This document shows, one piece after another, positions 16,624-27,966 of a stretch of DNA of 64,000 nt. The stretch spans positions 134,698 through 198,697 of the forward strand of contig CABZJY010000001.1 of NCBI GenBank assembly GCA_902526175.1, in the 5' to 3' direction. The notes beneath the pieces are model-generated. The model made no database searches. It was not told where the DNA came from and saw only the letters and a program-made list of their open reading frames with translations. Each line of letters opens with the position of its first letter. Position 1 is the stretch's first letter. A program made the translations under genes and the position numbers. The DNA comes from an uncultured Alphaproteobacteria bacterium. Its GTDB lineage: Bacteria > Pseudomonadota > Alphaproteobacteria > Methylaequorales > Methylaequoraceae.

Positions 16624-18082
16624 TGTGATTTCAAGGTGCCGTGTGGAATCTAAGATTTTATTTAAATCTAATTTTAGCATTAAAGGAATCACTAACAATT
16701 CAAAAAAAATGAAAGAAAATTTTATTTTTACTGCAATTCAGGGTAAACAGTTTGACGGGCACAAGTTTATACAAGATTTTTATCATTTAAAGAATTTTGC
16801 TATTATTTCAAATTGCAAAAATAAAGTTTTAAAGTATTTAAAAAAAATTCCAGAAAACTTCTCATTAATTGAAACTAATTACCCAATTAAATTATGCAAC
16901 GAAATAGCTTCTTTAATATACCCAAATAATATATCGGAGAAAATTGCAGTAACGGGTACAAATGGTAAAACAAGCGTCAGTGAATTTGTAAGGCAACTAT
17001 GGCATATTTATGGTTTTGAATCTGCAAGCGTAGGAACACTTGGAATACAATCGTCAAAAAAACATAAAAAATCAAACCTAACAACCCTTGACGGAATAGA
17101 CTTTCATAAAACATTATCTAAACTACAAAAAATAGGATGCAAAAAAATAGTTACCGAAGCTTCAAGCATCGGAATAGATCGTTGGAGATTGTTCCCAGCA
17201 AAGTTTGACAAGTTGGCTTTTACTAATCTAACAAGAGACCATATAGATTATCATAAAACATTTAGGAAATATCGAGAATCTAAACTAGATCTCTTTAGGA
17301 ATTATAAAACATCAAATTCATTGGCAATAATTAATTCGGATGATCCTAACTCAACTTTTTTTCTAAAAGAATGTAAGATCAATCGGATAAAAGTTTTAGA
17401 TTATGGTTTCAATGCTAAATTTCTTAAAATAACAAAAATTCAAATAAAATCTAATTTATCAATCATTAAAATAGAATTAAATAAAAAAGAAATGGAAATT
17501 ATTCTGAGAACAATATGTGAATTTGATATTCTCAATAAATTTTGTGCTCTTCTCCTAGTAAAAGGAATAAATATAAAAAAAAATGATTTTTCAAACTTAA
17601 ATAAATTAAGCATGCCTCGTGGAAGATTTGATAAAGTTTTTGATAAACAATTTAAGGTTTACATTGATTATGCTCATACGCCAGATGCATTAAAAAATGT
17701 TTTTAAAGGTTTACAAAAAATAAAAAAAAAATATCTTTTTGCACTCATAGGTTGTGGTGGTAACAGAGATTCGGGGAAACGAAACTTAATGACAAAAATT
17801 GCTCTAAAATACTGTGATAAAGTAATAATTACAGATGATAACCCACGTTTTGAAAATCCAGAAAAAATAAGGGAAGAAATGCTTTTAGGTATAAATAAAA
17901 AAAACCTTACGCGTATCTATAACATTGGTAACAGAAGAAAGGCTATAGAATTTGGAATTAAAAATCTAAAAAAAGATGATATTTTTATTATTACAGGTAA
18001 AGGTCATGAAGATTATCAGATTATTAAAAATAAAAAAAAGTATTTTAGTGATTATAAAATAGTTGAAAAGATATTGGGTTAA
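16610..18082 (+). CDS. murE: UDP-MurNAc-tripeptide synthetase MurE (meso-DAP type)
   Basis: VTGTNGKTS, FTNLTRDHIDYH, DYAHTPD, GCGGNRD, DNPR (DAP-specific), GKGHE. Confidence 0.96.
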   Translation: MKLSSVISRCRVESKILFKSNFSIKGITNNSKKMKENFIFTAIQGKQFDGHKFIQDFYHLKNFAIISNCKNKVLKYLKKIPENFSLIETNYPIKLCNEIASLIYPNNISEKIAVTGTNGKTSVSEFVRQLWHIYGFESASVGTLGIQSSKKHKKSNLTTLDGIDFHKTLSKLQKIGCKKIVTEASSIGIDRWRLFPAKFDKLAFTNLTRDHIDYHKTFRKYRESKLDLFRNYKTSNSLAIINSDDPNSTFFLKECKINRIKVLDYGFNAKFLKITKIQIKSNLSIIKIELNKKEMEIILRTICEFDILNKFCALLLVKGINIKKNDFSNLNKLSMPRGRFDKVFDKQFKVYIDYAHTPDALKNVFKGLQKIKKKYLFALIGCGGNRDSGKRNLMTKIALKYCDKVIITDDNPRFENPEKIREEMLLGINKKNLTRIYNIGNRRKAIEFGIKNLKKDDIFIITGKGHEDYQIIKNKKKYFSDYKIVEKILG

Positions 18083-18083
18083 A

Positions 18084-19484
18084 ATGGAACTTTTCACGTC
18101 AGAAGAAATTGAAAGTATATTTAAGAATAAATTTAAAAAAAAGTTATTTTTTAATGAGATAAAAATTAATTCTCGATTAAAATCTAACAACTCTCTCTTT
18201 ATACCTATTAAAGGAAAAAAATTTGATGGTCACGATTTTATTCACGAAGCCTTTAAAAATGGAGCTACTGCTTCATTAGTAAATTATGATTACTATAAAA
18301 AGTATTTAAATAAGACTGAATTCGACGACTTTTTGATACCTGTAGAAGATACTCTTAAATCATTACAATTATTAGCTAAATATTCAAGAATGAGATCTAA
18401 ATTGAAAAAAATGATTTGTATTACAGGAAGTAACGGCAAAACAACGCTTAAAGATTGGTTGAATCAAGTTTTAAAAAAATATTTTATAACTTATGCTACT
18501 CAAGGTAATTTTAATAATCAAATAGGATTACCACTTTCATTGTCAAGAATGCCCAAAAATACAGAAGTTTGTATTTTAGAAGTTGGCACAAATCAGCCAG
18601 GTGAAATTGAGTTTTTAACTTCAATTTCTTCTCCAGATATTTCTATTGTCACAAATATTGGAGATGCGCATATCGGAAATTTTAAAAATCGAAAAAATAT
18701 AGCTATCGAAAAATCAAAAATATTTTCTAGTTTGGAAAAAGGTTTGGCAATAATACCTTATGACAATTTCTATGAAGTATTGATAAATGAAGCTAAGAAA
18801 AATAAAAATAGAATTTTAAGCTTTGGAGATTCAAACAAATCTGACGCAAGTATTTTAAATATTTCATCAAACCAATGTGAATCAAATTATAAAGTAGAAT
18901 TAAAAATATTAGGTAAAAAAATTAAGTTTGATTGGAACTATTTTGGAGTGCACTGGGCAACGAACATCTTAATTATATTAATAATTGCCAAGGAACTAAA
19001 TCTGTTATTCAATGATGTTTTAAAACAAATTTCAAAACTTAAACCCGAAATTGGAAGAGGATCCTTACATAAAACAAAAATAAATGGAAAAGATATTGTC
19101 ATAATTGATGATTCATATAATGCAAATCCAAATTCTATGAAAAACTCACTATTAAACTTTTTAAATCTTAAGATTAAAAATCAAAGAAAAATTTGTGTCT
19201 TGGGAGACATGTTAGAGCTTGGCAAAAAAATGGAGTTTTATCATAAAGAAATCTCACTGATATTAAATGAATCTGATATAGATTTTGTTATAACTGTAGG
19301 AAAGGAGTCTAAGATAATAAGTGAAAATTTAACTAGCTCTATCAAATCAAAACATTTTCCGGATACCAAAAGATTATATAATTTTTTAAATAAAAATTTA
19401 ATTAAAAATGATTTAGTATTATTTAAAGGATCAAATTCTGTTAAACTTTGGGAAATATGTAAAATTCTTACTTGTGGTTCGTAA
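18084..19484 (+). CDS. murF: UDP-MurNAc-pentapeptide synthetase MurF
   Basis: ITGSNGKTT, NFNNQIGLP, DDSYNANP, LGDMLELG; start ATG 18084. Confidence 0.95.
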   Translation: MELFTSEEIESIFKNKFKKKLFFNEIKINSRLKSNNSLFIPIKGKKFDGHDFIHEAFKNGATASLVNYDYYKKYLNKTEFDDFLIPVEDTLKSLQLLAKYSRMRSKLKKMICITGSNGKTTLKDWLNQVLKKYFITYATQGNFNNQIGLPLSLSRMPKNTEVCILEVGTNQPGEIEFLTSISSPDISIVTNIGDAHIGNFKNRKNIAIEKSKIFSSLEKGLAIIPYDNFYEVLINEAKKNKNRILSFGDSNKSDASILNISSNQCESNYKVELKILGKKIKFDWNYFGVHWATNILIILIIAKELNLLFNDVLKQISKLKPEIGRGSLHKTKINGKDIVIIDDSYNANPNSMKNSLLNFLNLKIKNQRKICVLGDMLELGKKMEFYHKEISLILNESDIDFVITVGKESKIISENLTSSIKSKHFPDTKRLYNFLNKNLIKNDLVLFKGSNSVKLWEICKILTCGS

Positions 19485-20573
19485 ATGCTTTATTATTTCT
19501 TAATTCCTCTTATAGATTCGTTTAGTTTTTTAAATTTATTTAAATATATAACATTTCGAGCAGGTGGAGCATTATTCACATCATTAATTATTTGTTTTTT
19601 AATTGGTCCATATATTATTAAATATTTAAAAAATATCCAAAAAGATGGACAACCTATCAGAAGAGATGGACCTAAACATCATGTTTTAAAAAAAGCAGGA
19701 ACACCAACTATGGGAGGTACTATGATTTTAATATCTATGATTACTTCTATTATTTTGTGGGCTAATCTTTCTAATTATCTCGTAATTTTAGTTCTGATGA
19801 TAAGTACTTCATTTGGAATAATAGGTGGAATTGATGATTTTAAAAAAATAAAGTATAAATCATCTCAAGGTGTTAGTGGAAAATCAAGATTATTTGTTGA
19901 ATTTTTTATTGCCTTTATATTTATTTATTTATTACAACAACAGATTAATCAGGATTTGGTGGGTCTTATAAATATTCCATATTTTAAAGATTTATCAATT
20001 GATATTGGTTTTTTTTACTATATTTTTGGCTCTCTAGTTATTGTTGGATCTGCTAATGCTGTTAATCTGACGGATGGACTTGATGGTTTGGCAATTGGTC
20101 CATCAATAGTTACTGCTCTATCTTTTGCATTTATAGCTTATTTTTCAGGGAATTATATTTTTTCTAATTACCTTAAAATCCCTTTTGTAAGTGGGAGTGG
20201 TGAGCTAGTTATTGTATGTTCTGCTCTTATAGGTGCTGGCCTTGGTTTTTTGTGGTTCAATGCACCTCCTGCAATGGTTTTTATGGGAGATACTGGTTCA
20301 TTATCTGTAGGCGGAACTATAGGTGCTATTGCAGTAGCTTCAAAACATGAAATCATATTGGTCATTATTGGAGGTTTATTTGTTTTAGAAACTGTATCTG
20401 TGATAATTCAAGTTTTTTCATTTAAATTAACAGGAAAAAGAATTTTTAAAATGGCTCCTTTACACCACCATTTCGAACAAAAAGGTTGGTCAGAGCCAAC
20501 AATAGTTATTAGATTCTGGATTATTTCAATAATTCTGGCACTGATTGGTCTCGCAAGTTTAAAATTAAGATGA
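19485..20573 (+). CDS. mraY: Phospho-MurNAc-pentapeptide transferase MraY
   Basis: KAGTPTMGG, NAVNLTDGLDGLA, FMGDTGSL, MAPLHHHFE. Confidence 0.98.
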   Translation: MLYYFLIPLIDSFSFLNLFKYITFRAGGALFTSLIICFLIGPYIIKYLKNIQKDGQPIRRDGPKHHVLKKAGTPTMGGTMILISMITSIILWANLSNYLVILVLMISTSFGIIGGIDDFKKIKYKSSQGVSGKSRLFVEFFIAFIFIYLLQQQINQDLVGLINIPYFKDLSIDIGFFYYIFGSLVIVGSANAVNLTDGLDGLAIGPSIVTALSFAFIAYFSGNYIFSNYLKIPFVSGSGELVIVCSALIGAGLGFLWFNAPPAMVFMGDTGSLSVGGTIGAIAVASKHEIILVIIGGLFVLETVSVIIQVFSFKLTGKRIFKMAPLHHHFEQKGWSEPTIVIRFWIISIILALIGLASLKLR

Positions 20574-21940
20574 AATTTAAAAACCTAGATAAAAAAAAAA
20601 TTTTCATTGTTGGATTGGGAATTTCTGGTTTATCTCTAGCTAAAAAATTTAAAAAAGAGAAAATTGATTATTTTTGTTGGGATGATAATGAAAGCATCCG
20701 TAAAAGTTGTTTAAAGAAAAAATTAAATTTAATTTCACCTGATAAAATAGATTTTAATAAAATAGACTTTTTAGTACTAAGCCCGGGGATTTCGAATGAT
20801 CATAAAACTGTATCTCTTGCAAAAAAGTATCAATGTGAAATTATTTCAGATATTGAAATGATTAAGTTTATAAGTAATGACGTATTCCTGATAGGAATTA
20901 CAGGAACAAATGGGAAATCTACAACAACGAAATTAATTGAACATACGATTAAACAAAGTAAAAAAAACTCTTTTTCTGCCGGAAATATTGGAGTTCCTAT
21001 AAGTAATTTAAAACTTAAACATAACCTATTAACATACTTAATAGTAGAAGCTTCTTCATTTCAACTTGAAAGAATAATAGATCTTAGATTTAATATTTCT
21101 GTTCTACTAAATATTACTAATGATCATATTGATAGGCATAAAAATATTAGTAATTACATTGCAGCAAAATCAAATATTTTTAAAAATCAATCAGTTAATG
21201 ATTTTTCAATTATTTGTATTGATGACCCTATCACCAAAAAACTTGCTAAAGATTTTTCAAAAAACTCTAATTCAAAACTTATTACAATTGGTTCAAAAAA
21301 TTCTAATAATTGCGATTTTTTCATTGAATTGAAAAAAGATATGCTGGTTATAACTGATAATAAAAAAAATACGATGTTTAGATTTAATAGAAATTGTTGT
21401 ATTTTGAGAGGCAAACATAATTTACCAAATATACTTGCTTGTTTTGTAATTAGTGAATTACTTCAAATCGATAAACACATTTTTTTAGAAACTTTAAAAA
21501 AATTTAAAGGCCTGGAGCATCGATTTGAATATTTTAAAAAATACAAAAATATTGAATTTTATAATGATAGCAAATCAACCAATGTTGAATCATCAAAAAT
21601 GGCACTTCAAAGCCTAGACAATATATTTTGGATTGTTGGTGGAAGAAAAAAACCTGGTGGCTTGGAAGGAATACACAATTCATTAGGAAATGTGTTGAAA
21701 GCATTTATATTCGGAGAATGTAAAGAAGACTTTAATAAGTATTTATCAAATTATCTAGATACCGAAACCTTCGAAACTCTAGATACAGCATTAGAGCAGG
21801 CAATATTGGTTGCCTTAGAAAAAAAAAAATTAATAAATATTTTACTATCACCAGCATCTGCATCTTTTGATCAGTTTAAAAATTTTGAACAAAGAGGTGT
21901 ATATTTTAAAAAAATAGTTAAAAAAATGGTGTCAATATGA
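20570..21940 (+). CDS. murD: UDP-MurNAc-L-Ala:D-Glu ligase MurD
   Basis: GLGISG, SPGI, ITGTNGKSTT, EASSFQLE, NDSKSTN, LLSPASASFDQF. Confidence 0.96.
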   Translation: MKFKNLDKKKIFIVGLGISGLSLAKKFKKEKIDYFCWDDNESIRKSCLKKKLNLISPDKIDFNKIDFLVLSPGISNDHKTVSLAKKYQCEIISDIEMIKFISNDVFLIGITGTNGKSTTTKLIEHTIKQSKKNSFSAGNIGVPISNLKLKHNLLTYLIVEASSFQLERIIDLRFNISVLLNITNDHIDRHKNISNYIAAKSNIFKNQSVNDFSIICIDDPITKKLAKDFSKNSNSKLITIGSKNSNNCDFFIELKKDMLVITDNKKNTMFRFNRNCCILRGKHNLPNILACFVISELLQIDKHIFLETLKKFKGLEHRFEYFKKYKNIEFYNDSKSTNVESSKMALQSLDNIFWIVGGRKKPGGLEGIHNSLGNVLKAFIFGECKEDFNKYLSNYLDTETFETLDTALEQAILVALEKKKLINILLSPASASFDQFKNFEQRGVYFKKIVKKMVSI

Positions 21941-23037
21941 ACTCATTTTTGTATCAAATCAAATTGTGGTGGTTATCTTTGGATAGATGGATTGTTTTTT
22001 CAATTATATTACTGATGATAATTGGAATTTTTTTAATATTGAGTAGCTCTTCTATTTATGCGAATAGATTAGATATTAGCGAAAACTATCTTATTAAACG
22101 GCATCTTATTATACTTCCAATATGTATTTTTATAATGATAATTTTAACTAATCTTTCTGTGGAAAAAATTGTTATATTTTCTTTTATTATTTTTTCAGTC
22201 TCTCTAGTATTATCGATAATACCAAATTTTGTGTCTTATGAGATAAAAGGAGCTAGTCGTTGGATAAGTATTTATGGTTTTTCAATACAACCATCAGAAT
22301 TTTTAAAACCAACATTTGTTATTGTAACTGCAACACTTTTAACAAGATTTCAAAAAAAAAAAGATAATTCATTAAAAATTAACGTATTTTTATTATCCTT
22401 AATTGGTTCAGTACTTTTTTTTCAGCCTGATTTTGGAATGTTTTTGTTAATTTTATTAACTTGGTTTGCACAATTAATACTTTTTGGAGTATCCAAAAAA
22501 ATAATATTTTTATTATTATTTTTGAGTCTAATTATTATAATTTTAGCATATGTCACACTTGATCATGTGAAATTTAGAATTGATAATTATTTGCAACCAG
22601 CCACAGGTGATAATTATCAAATACACAAATCAATAGATTCTTTTACAAATGGGGGTTTCTTTGGACAAGGGCTGGGGGCTGGGGAAGTTTCTCGCTTCTT
22701 GCCAGATGTTTATTCTGATTTCATTTTATCACTCGCTGCTGAAGAACTAGGGCTAATTTGTGTATTAATAGTTATTATTCTTTATACATTTATATTTTAC
22801 AGATCTATTTATCACTCAACTAGAAAAAATGACATTTTTTATTTTTTATCAATTTCTGGTTTAGCAATCATATTTATTTTGCAGACTATGATTAATATTT
22901 GCTCAACGCTAAATTTGATTCCAACTAAGGGAATGACTCTTCCATTTTTGTCATATGGAGGATCATCATTAATATCTTGCGCAATATTAATTGGCTTTAT
23001 ACTTTCACTATCTAAAATAAAATATGAAAAAGTTTAA
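21937..23037 (+). CDS. ftsW: Peptidoglycan glycosyltransferase FtsW
   Basis: GASRWI, QPSEFLK, QPDFG, PTKGMTLPFLSYGGSS. Confidence 0.95.
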   Translation: MNSFLYQIKLWWLSLDRWIVFSIILLMIIGIFLILSSSSIYANRLDISENYLIKRHLIILPICIFIMIILTNLSVEKIVIFSFIIFSVSLVLSIIPNFVSYEIKGASRWISIYGFSIQPSEFLKPTFVIVTATLLTRFQKKKDNSLKINVFLLSLIGSVLFFQPDFGMFLLILLTWFAQLILFGVSKKIIFLLLFLSLIIIILAYVTLDHVKFRIDNYLQPATGDNYQIHKSIDSFTNGGFFGQGLGAGEVSRFLPDVYSDFILSLAAEELGLICVLIVIILYTFIFYRSIYHSTRKNDIFYFLSISGLAIIFILQTMINICSTLNLIPTKGMTLPFLSYGGSSLISCAILIGFILSLSKIKYEKV

Positions 23038-24076
23038 AAAACTCTTTTTTTGCACTGGAGGAACGGGAGGTCATGTTTTTCCAGCCATATCATTATATGA
23101 AAATTTTAATGACTCTAATCATCAAATAATTTTTTTAACTGATAAAAGATGCGAATATATTTTAAAGGAAAATGGAATTGATTATAAAATAATTAATTTT
23201 ACTACTTTTAACAAAAAAATATTTTTGTGGCCTATTTCTTTTTTTAAAATCATCAAATCCATATTCGAGTGTGTGCGATTATTTTTAATGGAAAAACCAG
23301 ATACTGTTGTTGGTTTTGGCAGTTATGTTTCATTTCCTGGTTTAATATCAGCAAAATTATTAAAAATTCCAACTATCATTCATGAACAAAATGCTGTGAT
23401 GGGTAAATCAAATAGAATACTATCAAAAATCGTAGATTATATAGCACTTTCATACAAAAATACTAAATTTTGTAAAATTAATAAAAAAGTGTTTTATACT
23501 GGCATGCCAATTAGAAGTATTTTTTATAAAAAGAAAATAAAGAGAAATAGATATAAAAAACAAATTTTAATAATAGGTGGAAGTCAAGGAGCGAAAGTAT
23601 TTTCAACTTTAATTCCAAATATATTTAAAAAACTTGATAGAAGATTAAAAGAAAAAATTTTTATATGTCAGCAAACTCAAATCAATCAAAAAAAAAATTT
23701 ACAAAATATTTATAAAGACCTTAATATTGAATTCAAACTAGAATCTTTTTTTAAAGATATTTATGATGAAATGCATAATGCAGATTTAATTATTTCAAGA
23801 TGTGGTTCATCTTCACTTGCCGAAATTGAAACATTCTCAACCCCGGCATTCCTTTTTCCATTACCACATTCAAAAAATAATCATCAGTATGAAAATGCTA
23901 AAAGATTTTCTGAAAAAAATGAATGTGTAATATTTGACGAGACAAATTTGAATGAAAGTAAATTTATTAAGGAATTGAAGAAAAAAATAATTAATAAAGC
24001 TTCAAAAAAACTATATAAAAAAAATAGTAAAAATCTGAAATTAAAAGATTTAGTACTAAGGACATTAAGTACGTAA
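23024..24076 (+). CDS. murG: Undecaprenyl-PP-MurNAc-pentapeptide GlcNAc transferase MurG
   Basis: GGTGGHVFPA, HEQNAVMG, GGSQGA, HQYENA. Confidence 0.95.
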   Translation: MKKFKKLFFCTGGTGGHVFPAISLYENFNDSNHQIIFLTDKRCEYILKENGIDYKIINFTTFNKKIFLWPISFFKIIKSIFECVRLFLMEKPDTVVGFGSYVSFPGLISAKLLKIPTIIHEQNAVMGKSNRILSKIVDYIALSYKNTKFCKINKKVFYTGMPIRSIFYKKKIKRNRYKKQILIIGGSQGAKVFSTLIPNIFKKLDRRLKEKIFICQQTQINQKKNLQNIYKDLNIEFKLESFFKDIYDEMHNADLIISRCGSSSLAEIETFSTPAFLFPLPHSKNNHQYENAKRFSEKNECVIFDETNLNESKFIKELKKKIINKASKKLYKKNSKNLKLKDLVLRTLST

Positions 24077-24077
24077 A

Positions 24078-25478
24078 ATGATTTTTGAAAGATATAAAAA
24101 AGTTTTTTTTGTTGGAATTGGTGGAATCGGAATGAGTGGGGTTGCTGAAATTATGCATAATTTGAATTTCGACATTTCGGGGAGTGATAAAAATGAAAAT
24201 TCGAATACTATTAGACTAAAAAAAATCGGTGTAAAAATTAATATAGGTCACGGAAAGAAAGGAATAAAAGGATCTGATTTAGTAGTTTTCTCATCTGCAA
24301 TTAAAAAAAATAATAAAGACATAATCGAAGCTAGAAAGAATAATATTCCAACTATTTCAAGAGCAAAAATGCTTGCAGAGATTTTAAGATTAAAATACTC
24401 AATCACAATTTCTGGTTCACATGGAAAAACTACAACTACGTCAATTATTTCAAGTATATTTGAGTATGCAAATTTGGATCCTACAATTATAAATGGTGGA
24501 ATAATAAATAAATACAACACAAACGCTAAATTGGGTAAGGGTAAATGGATAATTGCAGAGGCGGATGAATCTGATGGATCATTCACACATCTGCCTTCAA
24601 CAATAGGAGTAATAAATAATATTGATCCTGAACACTTAGATTTTTATAAAACTTTTGATAATCTTAAAGACGCTTTTTTAACATATGGACAAAATATTCC
24701 TTTCTTTGGTTTTTTATGTATTTGTAAAGATGATAAAAATATAAAATCTATTTGCAAAAATCTTAAAAACGTAAGAACAATATCTTATGGAATTTCAAAA
24801 TTTTCTAATATCAGCTGTTCAAATATAAAAATTATCTTTAGAAAAAATACTTATTACTCATGCTTTGATGTAAGAATTAATTGGTTAAAAAAATATATTA
24901 TTAAAAGAGTTTATTTTCCTATGATCGGACTTCATAATATTAAAAATGCCTTAGCAGCAATAAGTGTTGCAGTAGGCGTTGGTATTGATACAAAAATTAT
25001 TAAGGAAGGTATTCAAAAATTTTCTGGTGTAAAAAGAAGATTTAATTTAATTTATAAAAATAAAATTAAAATTTTTGATGACTACGCCCATCATCCTGTA
25101 GAAATTTCAAATGTTATTAATAGCCTAAAATTAATTAGTAAAGAGAGAATAATTGTCGTTCATGAACCCCACAGATATTCTAGAGTTAATTCGTTATTTG
25201 AAGATTTTATAAAAAGCTTAAGGATTGCAGATCATATAATTTTACTACCAGTATTCTCAGCTGGTGAAAAAAAAATCAAAAGGTTCGAAAGTCAAATGTT
25301 AGTAAGTCGTATTGGTGTAAAAAAATCAGATTATGTAACTAATAAATTAAAACTTTTTAAGAAGTTGGAAGATATTATTAAAGTTGGTGATAATATAGTT
25401 TTTCTTGGTGCGGGTCCAATAACAAAACTAGCGTACGAATTTGCTAAAAAAATAGAAAATAATGAATCAAATAAATAA
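24078..25478 (+). CDS. murC: UDP-MurNAc:L-Ala ligase MurC
   Basis: GIGGIGMSG, GSHGKTTT, EADESDGSF, DDYAHHP, PHRYSR. Confidence 0.97.
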   Translation: MIFERYKKVFFVGIGGIGMSGVAEIMHNLNFDISGSDKNENSNTIRLKKIGVKINIGHGKKGIKGSDLVVFSSAIKKNNKDIIEARKNNIPTISRAKMLAEILRLKYSITISGSHGKTTTTSIISSIFEYANLDPTIINGGIINKYNTNAKLGKGKWIIAEADESDGSFTHLPSTIGVINNIDPEHLDFYKTFDNLKDAFLTYGQNIPFFGFLCICKDDKNIKSICKNLKNVRTISYGISKFSNISCSNIKIIFRKNTYYSCFDVRINWLKKYIIKRVYFPMIGLHNIKNALAAISVAVGVGIDTKIIKEGIQKFSGVKRRFNLIYKNKIKIFDDYAHHPVEISNVINSLKLISKERIIVVHEPHRYSRVNSLFEDFIKSLRIADHIILLPVFSAGEKKIKRFESQMLVSRIGVKKSDYVTNKLKLFKKLEDIIKVGDNIVFLGAGPITKLAYEFAKKIENNESNK

Positions 25479-26376
25479 AAAATTAATTTACAGGTTTTTA
25501 GGAAAAATTAATTTTAATTATAATATTGGTAAACGAACTTGGTTTGGTACTGGAGGAAAATGTCTAGTATTTTTTGAACCATCAAATATAAAACAATTAT
25601 TTTTTTTTCTTAAAATAATACCAAAAAATTTTCCTTTTTTTATTTTTGGTCTTGGATCAAACATTCTTTTTCGAGATGGAAGATTTAATGGGGCTGTAAT
25701 AAAACTAGGTGAAGACTTTAAGAAAATTGAGCTAAATAAGAAAAAGAAAATAATTAAAGTTGGTTGTGGAGTTAAAGATATCGATCTAGCTAATTTTTGT
25801 TTAAATAATTCAATATCTAGTTTTGAATTTTTAGTCGGTATACCAGGAACCCTTGGTGGTGCTATTAGGATGAATTCAAGTTGTTTTAATGGGTGTATAA
25901 GCGATAATTTAAAAAGTATTACAGTGTTGAATAGTAAAAGGGAATTAAAGAAAATCAATAAAGATGAAATAAAATTTAATTATAGAGAGGTAAAATTACC
26001 TAAAGATTTTATCTTTTTAGAGGCTGAATTTTTCGTTAATTTTGAAAATAAAATTAAAATTAAAGAAAAAATGCAGGATATAAAAAACTTAAGAAAAAAA
26101 AATCAACCCCTTGGTGTAAGAACAGGAGGAAGTACGTTTAAAAATCCAGAACAAATTAAAGCCTGGGAACTTATTGATAAAATAGGATTTAGAGGTAAGA
26201 AATATAATAATACGCTAATTTCAGAAAAACATCCAAATTTTTTTATTAATATGGGTAATGCATCTTCATTGGAGCTAGAGATTTTAGGTGAGGATATTAA
26301 GAATATAGTCAAAGATAAAACAGGAATAAAGTTATCTTGGGAAATTGAAAGAGTTGGTAATTTTGAAAAGTTTTAA
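25462..26376 (+). CDS. murB: UDP-N-acetylenolpyruvoylglucosamine reductase MurB
   Basis: GLGSNIL, GIPGTLGGA..MN, GGSTFKNP, SEKHPNF. Confidence 0.95.
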   Translation: MNQINKKLIYRFLGKINFNYNIGKRTWFGTGGKCLVFFEPSNIKQLFFFLKIIPKNFPFFIFGLGSNILFRDGRFNGAVIKLGEDFKKIELNKKKKIIKVGCGVKDIDLANFCLNNSISSFEFLVGIPGTLGGAIRMNSSCFNGCISDNLKSITVLNSKRELKKINKDEIKFNYREVKLPKDFIFLEAEFFVNFENKIKIKEKMQDIKNLRKKNQPLGVRTGGSTFKNPEQIKAWELIDKIGFRGKKYNNTLISEKHPNFFINMGNASSLELEILGEDIKNIVKDKTGIKLSWEIERVGNFEKF

Positions 26377-27271
26377 ATTAGGCATATTAATGGGAGGAAA
26401 TTCTTCAGAGAGAAAAATATCTCTTAAGACAGGTAACCAAGTGATAAGTTCCTTTCAGAAAAAAAATTATACTGTAAAAAAATTTATAATTGGAAAGAAT
26501 TTAAAAAAATTTGTAAGAGATATTATTGAATTTTCTCCAAATATAGTTTTTAACGCTCTGCACGGAAAATTTGGTGAGGATGGACAAGTACAATCAATTT
26601 TAAATACGCTCAAAATACCCTACACTCACTCAGGGGCGTTCACATCTTCAATTGCAATGAACAAGTATTTTTCAAAAATTATTTTTAGTAATTTTGGTAT
26701 TCCCTGCCCTAAAGGTATTATTGTAAAAAAGGATACTAAATTTACATTAAAAATACCCTTTCCTCTTGTATTAAAACCTTTAGATGGAGGCTCTAGTATC
26801 GATGTTCTTCTAATAAAAAATAATACAGAACTTATGAGTAAATTAAGTGATTTTTTTTCTGGAAATAAAATAGGAATGTTAGAGGAATTTATCCCAGGTA
26901 GGGAAATTACAGTTGGTGTTTTAGATAATAAAATCCTAGGTTCAATTGAAATTATCTCGAATGAAAGCTTTTATAATTATAAGAGTAAATATATAAGCGT
27001 TGCAAAACATGTGTTATCTCCAGAGCTTCCTGAACATATTAAAAAAAAACTAAGTGAATATACCTTAACAGCGCATAAATCTATAGGTTGTAATTATTTA
27101 AGCCGTGCTGATTTCAGATATAATGAAAAAAAAAACCAGGTATACTTATTAGAAATAAATACTCAACCAGGATTAACAAAGAATTCATTATTACCTGAGA
27201 TGGCAGCTGATATTGGAATAAATTTTGATGAATTATGTAGTAAAATAGTGGAAAACGCTCGGTGCGAATAA
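26363..27271 (+). CDS. ddl: D-alanine--D-alanine ligase
   Basis: MGGNSSER..SL, LHGKFGEDG, GGSS, YNYKSKY, EINTQPG; probable start TTG 26363. Confidence 0.96.
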   Translation: MKSFKLGILMGGNSSERKISLKTGNQVISSFQKKNYTVKKFIIGKNLKKFVRDIIEFSPNIVFNALHGKFGEDGQVQSILNTLKIPYTHSGAFTSSIAMNKYFSKIIFSNFGIPCPKGIIVKKDTKFTLKIPFPLVLKPLDGGSSIDVLLIKNNTELMSKLSDFFSGNKIGMLEEFIPGREITVGVLDNKILGSIEIISNESFYNYKSKYISVAKHVLSPELPEHIKKKLSEYTLTAHKSIGCNYLSRADFRYNEKKNQVYLLEINTQPGLTKNSLLPEMAADIGINFDELCSKIVENARCE

Positions 27272-27963
27272 CTATAATATTTTTTATTTTATTATGTTTT
27301 ACTTTTTTCTACCAAAAAGAATTATTTCCTTTATTTTCAAAAATTAATTTTAACTCTATGAATTCTTTCTTAAATGAGAGAATTAAAATAAAATCCATAA
27401 AAATTGAGAATTTACAACTTCTGGACGAAAAACAAATACTTGAAAAGATTAATTTAAAAGATTCTAATTTATTAAATTTAAATTTAAAAAGTTTAAAAGG
27501 GCAATTAATGAGAATTAATGAAATAGAAACCTTATCAATAGAAAAAAAAATCAATGGTGATATAAATATTCTTGTACAAGAAAAAAAACCTTTTGTTTTT
27601 TGGGAAGTAGACGGAAAAAGATTTTTAATAGATACTAAAGGTACAATACTTAATTATAAAAATTATAAAAATAATGATCTAAAAATTGTGACTGGAAAAT
27701 TAGCTAATTTACATGCAAACTCTATTATTAATAAAATTAACTTATTTCCGAAATTAAATTTAAAATTCCAATCTGCAGATTATGTAGAAAACTATAGATG
27801 GGATATTAATTTATCAAATAACGTTAAAGTTAAACTACCATTTGAAGATAATGAAAATATTGCTTTAAATTTTCTAGATAATCTTATCAAAAATGAAAAT
27901 TTTGAAATTTTTGAGAAAAAAGTTATTGATTTAAGAGTTATTGGCAGAGCTTTTGTTAAATAA
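27262..27963 (+). CDS. ftsQ: Cell division protein FtsQ
   Basis: Between ddl and ftsA; TM plus POTRA-like region, RWDI, IDLR. Confidence 0.85.
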   Translation: MRITIIFFILLCFTFFYQKELFPLFSKINFNSMNSFLNERIKIKSIKIENLQLLDEKQILEKINLKDSNLLNLNLKSLKGQLMRINEIETLSIEKKINGDINILVQEKKPFVFWEVDGKRFLIDTKGTILNYKNYKNNDLKIVTGKLANLHANSIINKINLFPKLNLKFQSADYVENYRWDINLSNNVKVKLPFEDNENIALNFLDNLIKNENFEIFEKKVIDLRVIGRAFVK

Positions 27964-27966
27964 AAT